From the NCBI RefSeq assembly GCF_009914755.1, contig NC_060937.1: 64,000 nucleotides of DNA. The stretch is one strand, 5' to 3'. This document shows, piece after piece, positions 14,264-27,076 of the stretch. Within the stretch, counting starts at the first letter, position 1, and every line of letters begins with the position of its first letter. Source of the DNA: the human T2T-CHM13v2.0 reference genome, Homo sapiens. Made by a program: the position numbers and the translations under genes. Under the pieces are notes generated by a model. That model was given only the letters and a program-made list of their open reading frames with translations, made no database searches and was not told the DNA's origin.

Positions 14264-17200
14264 ATGACAGGATCAAATTCACACATAACAATATTAACCT
14301 TAAATATAAATGGGCTAAATGCTCCAATTAAAAGACACAGACTGGCAAATTGGATAAAGAGTCAAGACCCATCAGTGTGCTGTATTCAGGAGACCCATCT
14401 CATGTGCAGAGACACACATACGTTCAAAATAAATGGATGAAGATCTACCAAGAAAAGGAAAACAAAAAAAGCAGGGGTTGCAATCATCATCTCTGATAAA
14501 ACAGACTTTAAACCAACAAAGATCAAAAGAGACAAAGAAGGCCATTACATAATGGTAAAGGGATCAATTCAACAAGAAGAGCTAACGATCCTAAATCTAT
14601 ATGCACCCAATACAGGAGCACCCAGATTCATAAAGCAAGTCCTTAGCGACCTACAGAGAGACTTAGAATCCCATACAATAATAATGGGAGACTTTTAACA
14701 TCGCACTGTCAACACTAGACAGATAAACGAGACAGAAAGTTAACAAGGATATCCAGGACTTGAACTCAGCTCTGCACCAAGTGGACCTAATGGACATCTA
14801 CAGAATTCTCCACCCCAAATCAACAGAATACACATTCTTCTCAGCACCACATCACACTTATTCAAAAATTGACCACATAGTTGGAAGTAATGCACTCCTC
14901 AGCAAATGGAAAAGCACAGAAATTATAACAAACTGTCTCTCAGACCACAGTGCAATCAAATTAGAACTCAGGATTAAGAAACTCTCTCAAAACACTCATC
15001 TACATGGAAACTGAAACTGCTCCTGAATGACTACTAGGTACATAATGAAATGCAGGCAGAAATAAAGATGTTCTTTGAAACCAATGAGAACAAAGACACA
15101 ATATACCAGAATCTCTGGGACACATTCAAAACAGTGTGTAGAGGGAAATTTATAGCACTAAATGTCCACAAGAGAAAGCAGGAAAGATCTAAAATTGACA
15201 CCCTAACATCACAATTAAAAGTACTAGAGAAGCAAGAGCAAACACATTCAAAAGCTAGCAGATGGCAAGAAATAACTAAGATCAGAGCAGAATTGAAGGA
15301 GGTAGAGACACAAAAATCCCTTCAAAAAAATCAATGAATCCAGGAGCTGGTTTTTAGAAAAGATCAACAAAATTGATAGACCACTAGCAAGACTAACACA
15401 AAAGAAAAGAGAGCAGAATCAAATAGATGCAATAAAAAATGATAAAGGGGATGTCATCAGCAATCCCACAGAGATACAAACTACCATCAGAGAATACTAT
15501 AAACGCCTCTATGCAAAAAAACTAGAAAATCTAGAAGAAATGGATAAATTCCTGGATACATACACCCTCCCAAGACTAAACCAGGAAGAAGATGAGTCCC
15601 TGAACAGACCAATAACAGGCTCTAAAATTGAGGCAATAAATTACAGCCTACCAACCAAAAAAAGTCCACAAGACAGATTCACAGCCGAATTCTACCTGAG
15701 GTACAAAGAGGAGCTGGTACCAGTCCTTCTGAAACTATTCCAGTCAACAGAAAAAGAGGGAATCCTCCCTCACTCATTTTATGAGGCCAGCATCATCCTG
15801 ATATCAAAGCCTGGCAGAGACACAACAAAAAAAGAAATTTTAGACCAATATCCCTGATGAAAATCGATGTAAAAATCCTCAATAAAATACAGGCAAACAG
15901 AATCCAGCAGCACATCAAAAAGCGCATCCACCATGATCAAGTTTGCGTCATCCCTGGGATGCAAGTCTGGTTCAAGATACACAAATAAATATACGTAATC
16001 CATCATATAAACAGAACCAAAGACAAAATCCACATGATTATCTCAATAGATGCAGAAAAGGCCTTCAACAAAATTCAACAGCCTTCATGCTTAAAATTTT
16101 CAATAAACAAGTATTGATGGGACATATCTCAAAATAATAAGAGCTCTTTATGGCAAATTCACAGCCAATATCATACTGAATGGGCAAAAACTGGAAGCAT
16201 TCCCTTTGAAAACTGGCACAAGACAGGGATGCCCTCTCTCACCACTCCTATTCAACATGTGTTGGAAGTTCTGACCAGGTCAGTCAGGCAAGAGAAAGAA
16301 ATAAAGGGTACTCAATTAGGAAAAGAGGAAGTCAAATTGTCCCTATTTGCAGATGACATGATTATATATTTAGAAAACCCCATTGTCTCAGCCCAAAATC
16401 TCTTTAAGCTGATAAGCAACTTCAGCAAAGTCTCAGGATACAAAATCAATGTGCAAAAATCACAAGCATTCTTAAACACCAAGAACAGACACAGAGCCAA
16501 ATCATGAGTGAACTCCCATTCACAATTGCTTCAAAGAGAATAAAATACCTAGGAATCCAACTTACAAAGGAAATGAAGGACCACTTCAAGGAGAACTACA
16601 AACCACTGCTCAATGAAATAAAAGAGGACACAAACAAATGGAAAAACAATTCATGCTCATGGATAGGAAGAATCAATACTGTGAAAACGGTCATACTGCC
16701 CAAGGTAATTTATAGATTCAATGCCATCCCCATCAAGCTACCAATGACTTTCTTCACACAATTGGAAAAAAAAACTAAAGTTCATATGGAACCAAAAAAG
16801 AGCCTGCATTGCCAAGACAATCCTAGGCCAACAGAACAAAGCTGGAGGCATGACGCTACCTGACTTCAAACTATAGTACAAGGCTACAGTAACGAAAACA
16901 GCATGGTACTGGTACCAAAACAGAGATATAAACCAATGGAACAGAACAGAGCCCTCAGAAATAATACCACACATCTACAACCATCTGATCTTTGACAAAC
17001 CTGACAAAAACAAGAAATGGGGAAACAATTCCCTATTTAACAAATGGTGCTGGGAAAACTGGCTAGCCATATACAGAAAGCTGAAACTGGATCCCTTCCT
17101 TACACCTTACACAAAAATTAATTCAAGATGGATTGAAGACTTAAATAGTAGACCTAAAACCATAAAAACCCTAGAAGAAAACCTAGATAATACCATTCAG

Positions 17201-18070
17201 GACATAGGCAGGGGCAAGTACTTTATGACTAGAACACCAAAAGCAATGGCAACAAAAGCCAGTATAGACAAATGGGATCTAATTAAACTAAAGAGCTTCT
17301 GCACAGCAAAAGAAACTACCATCAGAGTGAACAGGCAACCTACAGAATGGGAAAAAATTTTCACAATCTACCCATCTGACAAAGGGCTAATATCCAGAAT
17401 CTACAAAGAACTTAAAACAAATTTACAAGAAAAAATAAAACAACCCCATCAAAAAGTGAACAAAGGATATGAACAGACACTTCTCAAAAGAAGACATTTA
17501 TGCAGCCAACAGACACATGAGAAAATGCTCATCATCACTGGCCATCAGAGAAATGCAAATCAAAACCACAATGAGATATCATCTCACACCAGTTAGAATG
17601 ACGATCATTAAAAAGTCAGGAAACAACAGGTGCTGGAGAGGATGTGGAGAAATAGGAACATTTTTACACTGTTGGTGGGTCTGTAAACTAGTTCAACTAT
17701 TGTGGAAGACAGTGTGGTGATTCATCAAGGATCTAGAACTAGAAATATCATTTGACCCAGCCATCCCATTACTGGGTATATCCCCAAAGGATTATAAATC
17801 ATGCTGCTTTAAAAACACATGCACTTATATGTTTATTGCGGCACTATTCACAATAGCAAAGACTTGGAAGCAACCCAAATGTCCATCAATGATAGACTGG
17901 ATTAAGAAAATGTGGCACATATACACCATGGAATACTATGCAGCCATAAAAAAAGATGAGTTCATGTCCTTTGTAGGGACACAGATGAAACTGGAAACCA
18001 TCATTCTGAGCAAACTATCGCAAGGACAAAAAACCAAACACCGCATGTCTCACTCATAGGTGGGAATTGA
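14264..18070 (+). pseudogene. L1 ORF2p (endonuclease/reverse transcriptase) remnant
   Basis: MTGSNSH start, SDHSAIKL, LFADDMI and HCWW motifs, broken by many frameshifts and stops. Confidence 0.9.
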
Positions 18071-18300
18071 ACAACGAGAACACTTGGACACAGGGTGGGG
18101 AACATCACACACTGGGGCCAGTGGTGGGGTGGGGGTAGGGAGGAGAGATAGCATTAGGAGATATACCTAATGTAAATGATGACTTAATGGGTGCAGCACA
18201 CCAACATGGCACATGTATACGTATGTAACAAACCTGCACATTGTGCACATGTAACCTAGAACTTAAAGTATAATAAAAATAAATAAATAAATAAATAAAT

Positions 18301-18450
18301 AAGCTGGGCATGGTGGCACTCACCTATAATCTCAGCTACTCAGGAGGCTGAGGCAGGAGGGTTACTTGAACTGGGGAGATGGAGGCTGCAGTGAGCCAAG
18401 AAAATGCCACTGCATTCCAGCCTGGGTGTAAATAAATAAATAAATAAATA
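18301..18450 (+). mobile_element. Alu right arm (continuation of 12066-12196)
   Basis: agctgggcatggtggcac...ccactgcattccagcctggg followed by (TAAA)n. Confidence 0.85.
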
Positions 18451-18809
18451 AACGCTATCTACTAGCCAGCAGTGATAAACACTGGGAAGAAAACTATCTG
18501 AGTAAAGACAGGATGATGGTGATGGATATTGTAGGTTAGAGCCATCAGGGAAGACTTCTCCCCAAGGTGGCTTCTATGCAGACCTCTAGATGAAGTGGAT
18601 GCTCAGGCTGTGAGGAAGAGCTTTCCTGGTGAAGGGAACAAATGCCAAGGTCTGCAGCTACAACATGCTTGGAATGTTTGAAGACTAGAAAGAGGGTTTT
18701 TGTAGCTACAGCAGAATAAGAGAGAGAAGCTACGGAAGACACTAAGGTCAGAGAGCTGGTCCTCATTGTCCGCTGCTCCCACTGGCTTTGGCTTTAAGTA
18801 CTCATTTGC

Positions 18810-19329
18810 AGTCTGCAGAGAAACAGGACCAACAAGATATGCAGACAGAGATATGGATGCACACTTAGAGATACAGATGGAGACAGAGATGATAGAGATG
18901 GTGATGAAGATGGAGGCAGCGATGGAGATAAAGAGGTAGAAGTAGAGGAAGAGAGAGAGACATAGAGATAGAGACAGAAATAAAAAAAGGCTTACTTTAA
19001 GGTATCTGCTCATGGAATTGTGGGGTTGGCAAATTCTGAAATCTTCAGGGCAGGTCAGCAGGCTGCAAGTGCTCAGGCAGGAGCTGATGATGCTGCAGTC
19101 TTGGGGAAGAATTTCTTCTTCCTCAGAGGAACCTCAATTCCACTCTTTAGGCCTTTAACTGATCAAATGGGGCCTATTCAAATTATTGAAGATAATCTCC
19201 TTAAGTCAACTGATAGTAGATGTTAGCCCAATCTACAAAATCCCTTCAGAGCAACACTTAGATTAGTGTTGGATTGAGTAACTGTGTGCTACATCCTAGC
19301 CAGGTGGACACATACAACTCCCCACCACA
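18810..19329 (-). mobile_element. MLT2-family LTR (ERVL)
   Basis: agagaaacaggacc, GA-rich insert, aagtcaactgat...ctagccaggtggacacata...ccaca. Confidence 0.65.
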
Positions 19330-20179
19330 GGCTCTTTGAGCTCCTGCATTATTCTCCATCACATGCCTCTGCTTTTGGCATCCTCTCTGTGAACAGCTTC
19401 AAGTGTGTCTCCTACCATAATGACCAGTATGGTGTCTGACCTAAGGATACAGTAGAGATGTTATTGTTATTATTTTGTTAGTCACCTTAAATATTTTTAG
19501 AAGAATGAGAATATATTTCAAAATAAAATGTATGATTTCCATATCCCTATCTGGGTTTTGGGATATTTAGATTTCAGCGAGAGGAGTTTGGCAGGCTTGC
19601 CCCATCTCCTCCAATGCTCTCAGAGTGCTGGTGGATGAAGGATTGCCCTGTGAACCTCTGACTCATCTGCTTGTTCTGTGAGCTTTTACATAAGAGCAGA
19701 AAGACAGCTCTAGACTGAGTCAGGCTAGAGAGGGCTGTGGCATTATCCTTAAAAGATACATCATCCATGAATGCGTCTCCACACCCCATCCCCAGGCTAT
19801 ATCCCTTTTGGGAGAAAGAATGCTAAGCCCTCTCTATGAGGCTGCCCCAAGTCTTTCCAGGCTGGGCTCTCTCTGACTCCACTTCACCCCATCAGGCATT
19901 TGCTGTTGAATTAATATTCCTAACCCCAGCTCTGGTCTTGACAGCCCTTGCTCAAAACTTCAGCTCTCTGTGGACTTCAGGAAGGAAGAGCAACTCCACA
20001 GCATGGCTTTAGAAAGCCTCCATGATTATCCCACCCAAAACTCCTGCAGCCTCCCCACCGTTTCCAGATTCTTACATATCCTTGACGGTCAGGTGACACC
20101 TGTGTCCTCCAGGGTCCTGACATTCCCACCTCCCTCTGCTCAAACCCCTTCATCCACTAGAAAATGCTGCTTTCTTCTT

Positions 20180-20456
20180 TTAAATATCCTTGAGAAAATT
20201 CTATTCTGTTGCAAGAAAAAAAGAGATAAAATGTATGATATTACAAATGAGAATATCTGTCCAACAAATATCACCCTTAGGAGAATCACAGAGCGACCCA
20301 CAGAATGGAGAAGATATTAGCAATAATATCTTCAATCAAGAACTAATATCCAGAATATATAAAGAACACCTACTAACCAGTAAGAAAAGTGTAGAGTGCC
20401 CAATGGGAAAAAAAAAAGGCAAAAGACCTGAACAGGTACTGCACCAAAAGAAAGAG
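20180..20456 (+). mobile_element. Old L1M ORF2 3' fragment abutting the satellite
   Basis: aactaatatccagaatatataaagaac...ggcaaaagacctgaacagg. Confidence 0.7.
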
Positions 20457-23400
20457 CAGGAAGGCCAGGCCAGAAGGCCAGAATGTTAGGAGGCAGAAGG
20501 CCAGGCCAGAAGGCAGAACACCAAACAGACAGAAGGTCAGAGAGAGGGCCAGAAGGAAAAAAAAATAGAAGGCCTAAAGGGAGAAGGCCAGAGGACAGAA
20601 GGCAGAAGGCTAGAAGGCAGAAGGCAAGGAGAGAAGACAGAAGGCAAAAGACAGAAAGGCAGATGGCCAGAGGGACAGAAGACAGAGGCCAGAAGAAAAA
20701 GACCAGGATGGAAAGCCAGAATACAGAAGCCCAAGATAGAAGGCCAGAAGGTAGAGGGACAGAAGGCCAAAAGGCAGAAGGCCCGAAGGGAGAAGACAAG
20801 GCCAAAATACAGCAGACCAGAAACCCAGAAGGGCAGGCCAGAGGCCAGAAGGGAGAAGGCCAGAAAGGCAGAGGCAAAAAAGGCAGAAAGCCAAAGGGAG
20901 AAAAAGCAATGACCAAAAGGCAAGGCCAGAAGGCAGAAGGTAAGGCTAGAAAGTGGGGTGAAGTGGAGTCAGCGAGCCCAGCCTGGAAAGACTTGGGGCA
21001 GCCTCATAGAGAGGGCTTAGCGTTCTTTCTCCCCAGAGGGATATATAGCCTGGGTTGGGGTGTGGCAACATATTCATGGATGATGTAACTTTAAAGGTAA
21101 TGCCACAGCCCTCTCTAGCCCTGACTCAGTTTAGAAAGGTCAGAAAGGCGGCCTGAGGCCAGAAGGGCAGAAAGAAAGAACAGAAGGACAGAAGGCAGAA
21201 GGCCAGACCAGAAGGCAGAATACCAGAAGAAAAGAAGGCCAGGCCAGAGCACCAGAAAGCCAGAAGGCTAGAGGGATAAGCCAGAATGCAGAAGGCCAAA
21301 AGACAGAAGGCCAGCAGGAAAGAAGGCAGAAGACGAGAACAGAAGGCAGAAGGCCAGATGGCAGAAAGCCATGCTAGAAGGCAGAATGCTAGGCCAGATG
21401 GCCAGAAGGCACAAGGCTAGGCCAGAAGGGTTGGCAAGAAGGCCAGAAGGCAGAAAGCCAGGAGGCCAGGCCAGAAGGAACATGGCCAGAAAACAATAGG
21501 TCAAACCAGAAGGCCAGAATGCCAGAAGGCCAGAAGACTGGCAAGCAGAAGGAAAGGAAGGAAGGGAGGGAGGAAGGGAGGGAGGGAGGGAGGGGGGGAG
21601 GGAAAAGGCCAAAGGCCTGGCTAGATAGCCGGAAAAATGAAGGCAATAGGCCAGATGGCCAGAAGGCAGAAGACCAGCACAGAACGCCAGAAAGCAGAAG
21701 GCCAAGCCAGAAGGCAAGAGGACAGAAGGCCATGCCACATGGCCAGAAGGCCAGAAGACAGCGGGCCAGAAGGCCAGAAAACAGAAGGCAAGGCAAGAAA
21801 GCAGAAAGTCAGGCCAGAACAGAAAGCAGAAAGAGGACAGAACACCAAACAAAAGAAGGAAGGCCTGGAGTTCCAGAAAGCCAGGAGGCCAGAAGGCAGA
21901 AGGCCAGAAGAAAGGCCAGGCCAGAGAACCAGAAAGGCAAAGGCAAGAAGATAGAAGTCCAGAAGGCAAAAGTCAGAAGGCCAGAGGGCAGAAACCCAGG
22001 CCAGAGAAACAGGCCAGAAGGCAGGTGGCCAGATGACCAGCAAGGAGAGACCAGGAAGGAAGGAAGGAAGTGAGAAGGCCAAAGGCCCAGCCGGATAGCC
22101 AGAAGGCAGAATGTCAGATAGCCAGAGGCAGAAGACCAGAGAAGAATGCCAGAAGGCCAGAAAGCAGAAGGCCAGGCAAGAAGGGTGAAAGCCAGGCCAG
22201 AAAACAAAACGCTGAAAGGAAGAAGGCCAAGCTGGAGTGCCAGAAAGCCTGAAGGCCAGAAGTAAGAAGGACAGAAGAACAAAAGGCAGCAGGCCAGAAG
22301 GCCAGAAAAGAGAGGGCCAGGCCAGAAAACAGAAGGCCAGAAAACAGCAGGCCAGATGACCAGAAAGCAAAAGACAAGGCAAGAAGGCAGAAGAACAAGA
22401 CGAGGAGGCCAGGCCAGAGCACCATTAAGCCAGAGGCCAAAAGGAAGAAGGCAGAAGGCCAGAAGGCAGAAGGCCAGGCCACATGAGCAGAAGGCCAGAA
22501 GCCAGAAGGCCAGAAGCCAGGCCAGAGAGAAGAGGACCAGAACAAAAGGCCAAAGGCCAGGAGGCAGAAAGCCAGAAGGCAAGAAGGCAGAAGGCCAGGC
22601 CAAAAGGCCAGAAGGCAGAAGGCCAAGAAGGCAGAAAAGGGCAAGAAGGCAGAAGACCAGGAGAGAAGACAGAGGCCAGAATGGCAGATAGCAGAAACCC
22701 ATGCTAGAAGACAGAATGCCAGGCCAGATGGCCAGAAGGCAGAAAGCCAGAAGGCTAGGCTAGAAGGAAGAGGTCCAGAAAAGGAAAGGCCATGCCAGAA
22801 GGCCAGAAAGTAGAAAGCTAGAAGACCAGCAAGCAGAAGGGCAGAAAGGAAGCAAGAAGGTGAGCAGGCTGGAGGCCTGGCCAGATAGCCAGAAGGCAAA
22901 ATACCAGGCCAGAAGGCCAGAAGGCAGAAGGCCAGGTAAGAATGCTAGAAGGTCAGTAGGCAGCAGGCCAGAAGGCCAGAAAACAGAACACCAGGAACGA
23001 ATGCAGAAGGCCAGGGAAGAAGGCCAGAAAAAAGTAGACAAGGGAAGAAAGCCAGAAAACAGAAAGTGAGGCAAGAAGGCAGAAGACCAGACCACAAGAG
23101 AGAACACCAAAAGGAAGAAGGCCAAGCCGGAGTGCCAAGAAACCAGAAGGCCAGAAGGTTAGAAGGAGGAAGGCCAGAAGAAAGAAGGACAGAAGGCCGA
23201 AGACCAAGCCAGAGGAGCAGAAGGCCAGAGGCAGAAAGCCAGAGGGCCAGGCCAGAGAGATGGAGGCCAGAAAACAAAAGACCAGGCCACAAGGCCAGAA
23301 TGTCAGAAGGCAGAAGGCCAAGCCAGAAGACAGAACACTGAAAGGAAGAGGGCCATGCCGGAGCACCAAGAAGCAAGAAGGCCAGAAGGCAGAAGGTCAG

Positions 23401-25588
23401 AAGACCAGCAAGCAGAAGGCCAGGAAGGAAGCAAGAAGGTGAGACAGCCAAAGGCCTGGTCAGACTTCCAGAGGGCAGAAAACCAAGACAGAATGTAAGA
23501 TGGCAAAAGGCCAGGCCAGAAGGCCAGAGGGTAGAAGGCCAGGCCACGTGGTCAGAAGGCCAGCAGGTAGAAAGCCAGGGAAGAAGTCTAGAAGGTCAGT
23601 AGGTAGCAGGCCAGAAGGCCAGAAAACAGAAGGCCAGGCCAGAAGGCAGAAGACCAGAAGGCCAGGGAAAAAGGCCAGAAGCAAGAAGACAAGGGAAGAA
23701 ATCCAGAAAGCCAAGAGAGAAGGTCAGAAGGTCAGAAGACAGCAGGTCAGAGGCCAGAAAACAAAAGACAAGTCAAGAAGGCAAAAGGCCAGGCCAGATG
23801 GGCAGAAGGCCAAAAGGCAGAAGGCCAGAGGCCAGGCCAGAGAGAAGATGGCCAGAAACCATAAGGCCAGTCCCAAAGGTCAGAATTCCTGAAGGCACAA
23901 GGCCAGAAGGCCAGCAAGCAAAGGCCAGGCAAGAAGGCAGAGGCCCAAGCCAGATGGACAGAGGTGAGTAGGCTGAAAGCCAGAAGGCTAGAAGGGCAGA
24001 ATGCAGAATGCCAAGCTAGAGAAAAGAGAGCCAGGAAAGAAAAAGCCAGGCCAGAAAAGGCCAGAAGGCAGAAAGAAGGCAAGACCAGAAAAACAGGCTA
24101 GAGGGCAGAAGGCCAGAAGACAGCCAGCAGAAGGCCAAGAACGAAACAAGAAGGTGAGAAGGCCAAAGGCCCAGCCAGATATTCAGAAGGCAGAAGGCAG
24201 AAGGCCACATCTCAGAAGGCAAAGACCAGGACAGAAGGCCAAAAGGCAGAAGGCCAGGCCACAAGGTCAGAAGGCAAAAGGCCAGAAAGCCAGGGATGAA
24301 GGCCAGAAGGTCAGTAGGCAGCAACAAAATACAGAAAACCAGGCAAGAATACAGAAGACGAGGCAAGAAGCCAGAACACCAACAGAAAGATAGTAGATGC
24401 TCAGGCCGGAGCACCAGAAAGCCAGAAGGCCAGGCCAGATGAGCGGAAGGCAGAAGGCCGGGAAGCCAGGCCAGGCCAGAAGGCAGAAGGCTACAAGGCC
24501 CAAAAAAAGAAGACCAGAGGACAGAAGGCCATAAACCCGGAGGCCAGAATGCAGAAGGCCAGGTCAGGTGCAGAAGGGCAAATGACAAGAAAGCAGAAGG
24601 CCAGAAGGACTAAAGCTAGAAGGCCAGAAGGCAGAGGGCCAGAGGGCAAAAGGACAGAAAACAGAAGGCCAGGCAAGAAAGCAGAAGACTAGAAGGAAGA
24701 AGGCCAGGTCAGAAGACCAGAGGGCAGAAGGCCAGGCCACATGGCCAGAAGGTAGAAGACCAGGGAACAAGGCCAGAAGGTCAGTAGGCCAGAAAACAGA
24801 ACTCCAGGCAAAAACGCAGAAGGCCAGGCCAGAGGGCAGAACACCAAAAGGAGGAACACAGGAAAGGGGGATGGCCAAGCTGGAGTGCCAGAAAGCAAGG
24901 CCAGGAAGTTAGAAAGAAGGACAGGAAGACAGGAGGACAGAAGGCCAACAGCCAGGCCAGATGGGCAGAAAGCCAGAAAGCAGAAAACCAGAGGCCAGGC
25001 CAGAGAGAAGACAGCCAGAAAACAAAACGCCAGGCCAGAGGGCCAGAATGCCAGAAGGCAGAAGTGCAGGCCAGAAGACAGAACACCAAAAGGAAGACAT
25101 CATGCCAGAGCTCCAGAAAGCTAGAAGGCAAGAATGTAGAAGGCCAGGCCAGATGGCGGTAGGCCACATGGCCAGAAAGCAGAAGGCCAGAGGCCAGAAG
25201 GCAGAAGGCCAGAATGACCAGAGGCCAGAATGCAGAAGGCCAGGCCAGAAGGCAGAAAGCCAGATCAGATCATCAGAAGGCAGAAGACCAGAAGGCCAGA
25301 AGGAATAAAACCAGAAGGCAGAAGTCCAAGTCAGATGGTCAGAAAGCAGAAGTAAAGAAAGCCAGAAGGCCAAATGCAGAAGGTGTGAAGGCAAGAAGGC
25401 AAGGCCAGAAGGCAGAAGGCCAGGCCAGATGGCAGCAGCCAGAAAGGAACCAAGTAGGTCAGAAGGCCAGAAAGGCTGGAAGGCAAAAGGCCGGAAGCCC
25501 AGAAAGGAGTAAGGCAGAGTCAGAAGACAAGAAGGCAGCAAGTGAGGCCAGAAGGCAGAAAAATGAAGGCCAGGCAAGAAGGACAGAA
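20457..25588. repeat. ~5.1-kb purine-rich satellite built from degenerate GGCCAGAA / GGCAGAA / GGCCA units
   Basis: Hundreds of ccagaagg/cagaagg motifs with very few T on the + strand. Interrupted at 20954-21135. Confidence 0.95.
20954..21135 (-). repeat. Inverted copy of unique segment 19709-19891
   Basis: The reverse complement aligns along the full length, e.g. ccagcctggaaagacttggggcagcctcatagagagggcttagc vs gctaagccctctctatgaggctgccccaagtctttccaggctgg. Confidence 0.95.
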
Positions 25589-25660
25589 GTTTGGGCTGTA
25601 TGTGAAATCTTCCCCAGGCTCATTACATTAAAAAAGCTCCTCTCTGGTAAGAAATCTCTG
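25589..25660 (-). pseudogene. 5' stub of the zinc-finger exon
   Basis: ag|QRFLTREELF*CNEPGEDFTYSPN resembles ZNF705/596 EDPFECNDSGED. The satellite begins immediately after. Confidence 0.7.
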
Positions 25661-26122
25661 CTCTTGGCATGCAAGGAAGAGGCTGTGGGAGGCTTGCTCA
25701 CATACATTCCTTCATTCATTCCTTTACATATTACTTCTGAGTTGGCCCTTCAGGGATCCTCTCCAGTTTAAGTCCCCTGAGTCAGTTATATTCAAATGGA
25801 GTGTTACTTTCTTACATTCGCGTAGAGTTTCTAAATTTCAGCCCATCACCTGCACTGCTTTCCGGTTAAGTTTTAGGTCTTGTTTATGTTCCACATGCTA
25901 TGTATGTGAGGTATGTTTAAGCAGCCTCCATTTCATAGAAACTCAGATTAAAGTTTGACTTTAGGCCAATTTCATTCCAAAATTCAAATTATGCAAAATT
26001 TGCTGCTAGGGCAGTGCCTATGTTCATCTCTATTTTCAGGCAGGTGGTTGTGCCGGGTTTCTAACGCATCCCATTCCCAGGTCCCTTAGGTGGACAGGCA
26101 GGGTCATTCCCTGAGACTTAAC

Positions 26123-26205
26123 AACTGAAGTATGGATGAATGGGAATTTCCTGAAGATATCCTGTGTGACTATCATTTCATGCTTTTTAAGTTCACTTTC
26201 CATAC
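26123..26205 (-). pseudogene. 83-bp post-KRAB spacer exon
   Basis: ttctcag|GT...(G)MESELKKHEMIVTQDIFRKFPFIHTSV|gt, resembling ZNF705A DRESALKKTHMISMHPITRK as recalled. Confidence 0.7.
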
Positions 26206-26749
26206 CTGAGAAGATGTGAAAAGATGTTTCTTTGAGAAAAGAAACAGCTACAGTGGCATTAGGGGAATGAAAATTTTATAAAAGCAAGCAAGACATGTGT
26301 GGGTATGTTTCAAATACTGATCTTTAACAAAGAGTAAAGACATGAAATAAAGGAATATACCAGCCATCAGAAGAACATTATAGGACATCAACAATTAGAG
26401 AATATTATTAAGACTAAAATGAGAGGGAAAATTAAAAGATGGATGTTGGGGAGATTAAGACAGGGAAAATCAACAAAGGGAGGGCCAAAAACAAAGGGCA
26501 CTGTGTAAAGTTTAACTCCAGTCATAGCAGAAAGATGCCTCCCTCTGAGGCCAAGGAACGTGCTGAAGGTTAGATGAAGAGAGAGGGAAATGTTTGAAGA
26601 ATTATGACACTACTGGACAGGCATTTTCACATTGGCCTCAACACCACATTGGAAAAGCCACTCCCTCAAGGACACCTGAGGTTGACATGGCCCCAGTCCT
26701 GTCCCTCCTGGGCAGCTCTTCACACCAGCTCATAGGACCTGGAGCTCAC

Positions 26750-26839
26750 CTGCACTCGGGATTGGGGCAGCCTCCTCCTTCCCTCCGCTTCTCCTCTCCT
26801 GGCTCTGAGCATTCACATCTGATTTGGAGAGCTGATAAC
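26750..26839 (-). pseudogene. KRAB-B exon (90 bp)
   Basis: cag|GT TAT CAG CTC TCC AAA TCA GAT GTG (GYQLSKSDV). EPGEEKRREGGG appears in a shifted frame. Ends GCAG|gtgagc. Confidence 0.8.
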
Positions 26840-27076
26840 CTGTTTGCAGAAAACACGTACCTGAATGTTTCGTTCTGTGCTGAGATCTGTGCCTGATCTT
26901 CAAGGGCAGGGAGGGGAGGAACACAGCACACATGAAAGGGCAATGCCAGGAAGAGCGCCCTAAATACCAGAGACATGGGAGGCCCCGCCCAGAGCAGGAA
27001 GGGCACCTGGTCTTGAGCTCAGAGACTGGAGGGTTGTTTGCTGATGCCCATGCCCAGGGCTAAAGACAGAATGCAC

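Larger units (their letters stand above)
12197..18300 (+). mobile_element. Near full-length LINE-1, L1PA4-PA6 age class, inactive
   Basis: 5'UTR begins gctgaataggaacagctccagtctacagctccc. ORF1 and ORF2 remnants follow, then a 3'UTR ending acttaaagtataataa and an (AAAT)n tail. The 5'UTR keeps the segment at ~12935-13047 that L1HS lacks. Confidence 0.95.

Noticed and set aside
12197-18300. Active L1 or functional reverse transcriptase
   Set aside because: The ORF1 start is lost and both ORFs carry many stops and frameshifts.
20332-25771. Dozens of long overlapping ORFs (up to 297 aa; R/K/Q/E-rich on +, L/F/W/P-rich on -)
   Set aside because: An artefact of the T-poor satellite: stops are rare in all frames, and 7/8-bp units do not preserve a frame.
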